Source: Octopus vulgaris
Lineage: Eukaryota
Length of the DNA stretch: 64,000 nucleotides
Assembly: GCA_951406725.2 (NCBI GenBank)
Contig: OX597814.1
Span: 14,074,001 to 14,138,000 of the forward strand
Reading direction: 5' to 3'
The notes below the pieces were generated by a model. It ran no database searches. It saw only the letters and a program-made list of their open reading frames with translations, and was not told the origin of the DNA. Of this stretch, positions 57,589 through 64,000 are shown piece by piece (within the stretch, counting starts at the first letter, position 1; each line of letters opens with the position of its first letter). A program made the translations under genes and the position numbers.

Positions 57589-58615
57589 TGTTACGAAACT
57601 GCCGTTGCTCAAACTCGAACCCGGGACCCTATTAAGTCGAGCGACGACGATGGACCAGGCTCAGTGGAACGGGAATCCGCCACAGAGAGAAAAACGGTGG
57701 TGGGGGATGGCAGCGAACTCGAACCGGTGACCGGAGATAACAACAAGAACAACAGGAGGAAGAGAGACACGGCGGAAGGAAATTGGTTACATCTAAGAAC
57801 AGTTTATGCGACTATTACGACATAAAATAAAATGCGATACCTAGCAGATACATTAAAGAAAATAACATGCAACAGAATTAAAAAGAAAAACAACAAAGGC
57901 ATGCACGATACAGAAAGTCCGAAACAATCAAAACAAACGTTCAGCGCAATACAGTTCGAAACAGTTCAACATTAAAGTCTTTCTCTTTCTTTCTTTTACT
58001 CTTCAACACAATTCACAATGTTCCTATTTTTTGACACAATTCTTTTTTAGTTCAACAATTCTTTTTTTAAGTTCTTTACAACATAATCCAATTTACGTAA
58101 CAATCTCGTTTCTTTTACATTTCACATCAAAACTAACAAAACATACCGTTACAAGCTCCTACTACAATAGCCGTGCCTTTTCGCCGTAATCCATCTCTTT
58201 CACTCTACATGTCCCCAATGCTATCTGCCTGTCTTTCTCGCCACGCTTGTCATCCTCTTCTCTACCTCTTGCTTGTCATCTCTCACATTCACTGTCTGTC
58301 TTTCTCAACGTTGTCGTTGCCTCTCACCATCGCAACCTTCTTGGCTGACCGTCCGTATCACTGCTGTCTTTTGCCAACCGACTCTTTTCCGGCCCTTTTG
58401 CTGTCTCAGGCAGAACTGACCATTCCCGGCCAACTCTCTCTCTCGCCAACTGATCAACAAACCCAACTCGTCGCATTTTAAAGGGTGGTTTCTTAAACTT
58501 TCCCTGACCGGAAAAGGGTCAGATCTCTCTTCCAAACCCATTAATCTCTCCAGAAACCGACAGGACAAAGGCTTTAACCCGTCTGCCTGGCGCCAAACCA
58601 CAAAACCAGTCCACA
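57589..58615 (-). mobile_element. Possible solo LTR
   Basis: A ~1.03-kb, sharply bounded, CpG-richer island. The minus strand starts TGTGG and ends GTAACA. I found no convincing TSD and no coding remnant. Confidence 0.4.
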
Positions 58616-59274
58616 AGCACTCTGTTTCTCAACTGACCTCCATATCAATATCAATCAGTTGAATTATTTATATACCTAGAAAATGAGTATTACGTTTTTC
58701 TCAGCTAAGAGCGGTGTATTACGTCATTGATTCATGTTTAGCTAAAGAAAAAGTGAACAGAATATTCTACAGACCTATTAGTTCATCTAACAACTTATTG
58801 GGAGTTAATGTAAAATGTATTTATATAATTGTTAAAACTTATACTATGTACTTATCATATTTATTTATAAGTAATTTATCTCATTTATAATACAACTGGA
58901 TAAAAATTAAGTAAAATAAAATAAATTAATCATATATGCATTAAATATATATAGATATTTAAAAAGGGTAAGATGGTTAAGTTATAATATATGTATATAA
59001 GGTTAAAAAATCGTATAAATTGAAATAGATGAATGATTATTTATGCTAATGTGTATACACACACACGCATACACGCACAGCCACACGCATACGCATATAT
59101 ATAGATAAATATATATGTGCATGCATATAAATATGTATTATTTTTAAGTAATAGTTTTGTATATTAAGGTAAAATATATAATACTTTATTAAAAGAAATA
59201 TAAATATATGATTATCAATGTATATATATAGAAAAAAAAGTGAAAGGGATACAGTGAACTTGCCTTGAGGAGTA

Positions 59275-59680
59275 GAATATCAAACGTTTCGGATTTATTC
59301 GTACGTCAGGGGGTACAGAAAAAGAAAAGTTGAAGACAGAGTTTAGACCCTCTCAGCTTGAAAAACTGCCTGTAACTGATAATGGACGCAGAATAACACG
59401 GACTGTTAACGTGAAACAGAAGTTATAGGAGAGTGGGTGCAGAAAGAAGGAGGAAAGGAATGAAGGAGAGAGTAGAGGTAAGTAAATACAGGAATGTTGC
59501 AGAGTAAGTGTGGAAGGGTTATTAAAAAGGGTAAAAAAGAATTAAGAGGAAGAGAAAGGATGGAAGAAAAAACGCTCATTCATACATGTCGGGTATATGA
59601 GACGCTGTTCCTTTCGTTTCCTAGAGAAGCGGGCTCCATATTGCAAGGCCATGCCACACACTGGTAAACCTGCAAGATAT
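59275..59680 (-). mobile_element. Penelope-like element 3' end with decayed hammerhead in the 3' UTR
   Basis: Minus strand LPVCGMALQYGARFSRKRKEQRLIYP.CMNERFF resembles the PLE C-terminal RKxxEQxLI...NERF pattern. ccCTGACGTacgaataaatccGAAACGTT follows at 59282-59312. Confidence 0.65.
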
Positions 59681-60054
59681 ATATGTGCGTGTGTGTGTCT
59701 AGAAAGAAAATATTTCATATATTAAGGTATCAATATGCAAATGTCTCTAATAATTAAATATATTACGTCGTAATATCCATAATATAGCAATGTATTAACC
59801 TAATCAGATATATATCAATACATCTTTTATTTTTCATAATAATTTTAAGGGAAAATTTAATAATTCTTAAAGAATATATGTAATTCAGGTATTTATCAAC
59901 AAATTTAGTCTATAATCGAACAATAATATAAATAAAAGTAAATATTATCTTTGTGGTTAATATAGAAACTATCCAATCAACTATTTAATGATATTACGGA
60001 GATGTACTTGCATAGCGAGTGACTTGATCTGAGATCGTGTGCTGGAACGAAAAC

Positions 60055-60263
60055 AATTGCAGCGTTGAAGGTGTTTACAAGCCATTTAAGAAACACACAA
60101 AACCGTTAGATTCACTTCAACATTTAAATTTAATTTGTCAGTGAACAGGTCGCGGTCTCAAAGCGACGAAAATATTTTGACAAATTAAATTTAAATGTTG
60201 AAGTGAATCTAACAGTTTTGTGTGTTTCTTAAATGGCTTATAAACACCTTCCACGCTGCAATT
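60055..60263. repeat. 86-bp-arm hairpin (3 mismatches) whose loop is a hammerhead-like core
   Basis: 60055-60140 pairs with 60178-60263. Confidence 0.93.
60132..60186 (+). ncRNA. Minimal type-I hammerhead-ribozyme-like motif, G3:C8 variant
   Basis: aatttgtca (helix I) - GTGAACA core - extra G - gtcgc[ggtctcaaa]gcgac helix II - GAA - AATATT palindromic helix III - U17 (60177) - tgacaaatt (helix I). Confidence 0.65.
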
Positions 60264-60369
60264 ATTTAATGATAATAATTTAGGAATCGATTATTGATAT
60301 TTGGCAAATCGATATTTAGGCGCATGAAGGCAGGCCGAAATATTCTCAGTCCTCTCATTCAATAATAGT

Positions 60370-60775
60370 TTTCTTAGAGAATAGAATATTCTAGCTTTCT
60401 GTTGTACATAAGGAACAAATTCTGTCTGGAGGACGGGTTATATACTTTGGCGTAGGTTAATATTTTCCACTTAATTTTGAAACTAATATTGGTATCTTTT
60501 AATATACAAATGAATTTGCTAAGCCTTATATTATTCAGTTTAATTATATTTCTAAAACAATTGTCATTGTTCGAAATTTTGGTTTTTACAAAACATTATG
60601 TCGAACCAATATACGTTGAAGGGATTCTACAGTTTATATTCTTACCATTGGTTTTAACCCAAATTCTAACCCTTACAGCTTCAATTCTCACAGTGGATTT
60701 CACCCAAATACTTTGAGTTATGCATTATGAAGGGACCTGAATCGAAACATATGCAGATTTTTAAGTATTGTATTA
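60370..60775 (-). mobile_element. Penelope-like element fragment (GIY-YIG remnant), paralog of 56385-56870
   Basis: Minus strand YIGST*, RLSKFICILKDTNISFKIKWKILTYAKVYNPSSRQ..CSLCTTES.NILFSK. Confidence 0.75.
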
Positions 60776-61026
60776 TATTGTTTTTTGTATTTATTTGTAT
60801 CTATATCTTCAAAACAAACTATGAGGCAAATAAATTAGGTATATATATCCTCAAGTCTCCATTTTTGTACACTATATATTTAAGCTATCATAATAATCCA
60901 TAATGCATCGTGTAATGTTTCGTCTAATCTGATGGAGATTAAACCAGTGAAATTTTGGATTTATTTATCCTTAATGAAGATAACTGATTATTAACTTACT
61001 ATATATATATTTCTTTGAATTAGCTG

Positions 61027-61072
<46 letters not shown>

Positions 61073-61717
61073 TATATACATACATATATATATACATACC
61101 TACATATATATGTATATGTACATGCATATATGGGTACAGGATATCAAAATACGTTAAACACAAGGAGGAGTATTAGTGTGTGTGAGTGTATGTGTGTGTT
61201 TGTGTGTGTGTGTGCGCACGTGCCTGTGTGTACATACATGGAACAACTTGCATTATGTAGGTCTACAATTTTTCACGTTGAGAGGAACACCAATCATCTA
61301 ACTGGAAGCCGAATATAGAGTACCAAAAGTTGCCCCCGTCCCACAGATTTAAAGGGTTCAAAGATAGAACATTTCTCAAAGCCTTTCTTAAAGACGGAAG
61401 ATATATGTGCGTGTGTGTGTGTATGTGTGTGTGCATGTGTGTGTGCGTGTGTGTGTGTATGTGTTTGTGCGTGTGTAAAGTGAACATGACTGAACAGAAT
61501 GCGTTTCAATTTCGATAGAAGTAGTCACGATGCGACAAGAACACGAGTCAGAGCAACGATACGCAACATCCAAAAGTTTTACGGTGAGAGAAACGCCAAA
61601 AAGGTAAGAGGGAGAGAAAGAAAGAGTGGGCTATAGAAATAAATAAAATATATGAGCATTCTTTAATGTAGGAGCCTCAGCTTCGTCACATCCTAGAGGG
61701 TGCTGAAAGTTGTCAAA

Positions 61718-61753
<36 letters not shown>

Positions 61754-61766
<13 letters not shown>

Positions 61767-61944
61767 TTCGAGACAAAACCACTATTTTGCAAAACAAACA
61801 AGGAAAGACTTAATCAATATATAAAAATTTTTAATATAATATTTATTTCTTTATTTCTTTATATTAAACATTTTTATGTATTGATTAAGTCTTTCCTTGT
61901 TTGTTTTGCAAAATAGTGGTTTTGTCTCGAATTAATATTATATA
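61754..61944. repeat. Near-perfect fold-back palindrome (~85-bp arms) between (TA)n tracts
   Basis: tattaattcgagacaaaaccactattttgcaaaacaaacaaggaaagacttaatcaata and its exact reverse complement at ~61879-61937. Confidence 0.93.
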
Positions 61945-62019
61945 ATATTTTACTATAAAATTGGATTTAATCCTAAATCTGATTTTTTCCCTGTAAATTT
62001 GGATTTATTCCCTAATATT

Positions 62020-62086
<67 letters not shown>

Positions 62087-62123
62087 CCAAGATTTTTTAT
62101 GTGAAGTCGTGTGTTGAAACAGA

Positions 62124-62622
62124 TATTGTTACATTTCGGAATAGTCATTTTGCCAGTTTAGCCAATAAAAAACACATGCACTATATATTTGATGTTATTT
62201 TGCTTCAGTGTTATTTATTTTTTACGTTAATCTTAATCATATTTCGGCCAGAGTTCTTTCGTCTCACTCCTGTGAACGCATCAGTGGTCCTTTGTTTTAT
62301 TCTTTCTTATTTCCGTCTCTCCTTACTAACCGTCAGTCACACACACACACACGCTAAATAAACATAGACGCACATAGAGATATAAGCGTGCGCAAATGAA
62401 GACATACAATAGAAATACAAAATGGCTGACAGTTAGTAAGGAGAGACAGCAATAAGAAAGAAGAAAACAAAGGACCACTGATGTGGTCACAGGAGTGCGA
62501 CGAAAGAACTCTGGCCGAAATAAGAATAAGATTAATGTAAAAAATAAATAACACCAAATGTATAGTGCGTGTGTTTTTATTGGCTAAACTAGCAAAATGA
62601 CCATTCCGAAATATAACAATAT
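62124..62622. repeat. ~200-bp-arm inverted repeat with a partial hammerhead-like core in each arm
   Basis: 62124-62338 pairs with 62422-62622. The right arm has CTGATGT-ggtca...tggcc-GAAAT at 62477-62521. Confidence 0.88.
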
Positions 62623-62773
62623 ATATATATATATATAAGATTAATCTGCCGAAATTGCGAAGATGATCCGGTTCTTGACTGAAGATTGAAGGCTTCGAAT
62701 GTCCCGTCCGTGTTTTTTGTGTCGTCTTCTAAATGTTTCACATTCTTGTCCCAGTTTGTATTTTTTTACTTTA

Positions 62774-62810
<37 letters not shown>

Positions 62811-62898
62811 ACGTTCTTTCTATAAAACAATAGTCATCTGCTATGCTCCGTACACTTAACACATAAATATAATATAATGGTATATCTTTTTTCAACGT

Positions 62899-62975
62899 CC
62901 GACGAGATTCAACCTTGTAATAATTTGATTATTTTAATTAATTTCAAAAGTTTGAATCGAAACAGCTGTCAGAGA
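62899..62975 (+). ncRNA. Degenerate hammerhead-like motif with extended helix II
   Basis: CCGACGA-gattcaa[~39 nt]ttgaatc-GAA-ACAGCTGT-C-agaga. U4C substitution; the 5' strand of helix I is decayed. Confidence 0.55.
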
Positions 62976-64000
62976 TTATTTCTAATTTTGTAATTAATAA
63001 ATAATTATTAATTTATTTTCTATGTTTTCTTTTTTTTTATATGTATATATATCGTCAGTAGTTCATTTATGCACAAAAGAAGCACGCTAAAATATTAGAG
63101 CAGTAATATTTTTCTAGGAAGTTAGTTGTTATGGCCGGTTAAAAATTGACCGCTGGTGGTTTCGTATCTATAAAGCACTGAACCGTATAAGCAACTGCTC
63201 AGACTCAAATGACCGAAGGTAAATCACGTCTCTAAAACTCGAGGGAGAAAAACGTCACGAACAGTTAGTTTTATAACAGAAAATATATATCCGGAATAGC
63301 CGTGTAAATAGTTCCAGATGGGACGGAATCACCTCCCTTACATCGGTGCCAAACGTATCTCGAATGTTTATATAGGGAAGCTCATGATTCTTTAATAATT
63401 TAATATCTCATACACATCGCCTTGGAAAAATCTTTCAATAGCTAAACTATTCGAACACAATAATAAAACGTGACCTATGTAAAAGTTTCCAATGAAAATT
63501 TATACTCTGCACTATAACTATTAAATAAACATTCCAAACAAATATCTTCGTATGAACTGTTTGCTTAGAAGTCTCTGAAGTATTTTAAATCTTTAAGTTT
63601 CACAGAAGGACACACCTCCCTTACACTCGAAATTTTCTCACGACTGGACATATTCATGTATCATTTTACGGACATATACAGAGGCACGCACACGCAAAGA
63701 CAAACTCCACACACACACGCAAATGCACGCAAACACACACACACGAACACACGCGAACGCATGCTCACACACACATATGCGTGCAAATATATATGCGTGT
63801 ATTTATTTGAATATGCATATATACTTGGCTTTCCAATCGGACATTGATAAATTTATTTTTTATTCCTGTAAAAAAAATCATTAATAACTGTAAAAGCATT
63901 TGATATCAAATCTTTTCTAATTCCCTTAAATTTATTTTTATAATCTTTTGCTTTCTAAAATGAATCCACTATTTCATATTGATTATCTTTTTCTATTTTC

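Noticed and set aside
62675-62712. CTGAAGA core followed by gaaggcttcgaatgtc
   Set aside because: No consistent helix II - GAAA - helix III geometry.

Overview
AT-rich, microsatellite-dense animal genomic DNA. The SINE types and the TA/CA/GATA richness resemble an octopus or other coleoid cephalopod genome; this is recognition from memory, not a database result. I find no intact protein-coding gene, and most ORFs in the track are translations of microsatellites or SINEs. The window is a transposon graveyard: four tRNA-type SINE groups (some with shuffled heads and tails), decayed Tx1/L1, RTE, CR1-like and R4/Dong-like LINEs, several Tc1/mariner/pogo remnants, two non-autonomous Helitrons, a possible solo LTR and Penelope-like (GIY-YIG) fragments. 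The most interesting layer is non-coding. About ten minimal type-I hammerhead-ribozyme-like motifs occur, most with a palindromic helix III. One is a G3:C8 core-swapped motif at the apex of an 86-bp hairpin (60055-60263). Another is a U3:A8 motif inside a ~345-bp circularly permuted, retrozyme-like unit (4161-4506) whose second copy is split by a Tx1 LINE and a SINE. There are also several long fold-back palindromes, ~300-bp units carrying tRNA-like segments, and local templated duplications. No ribozyme activity can be shown from sequence alone.
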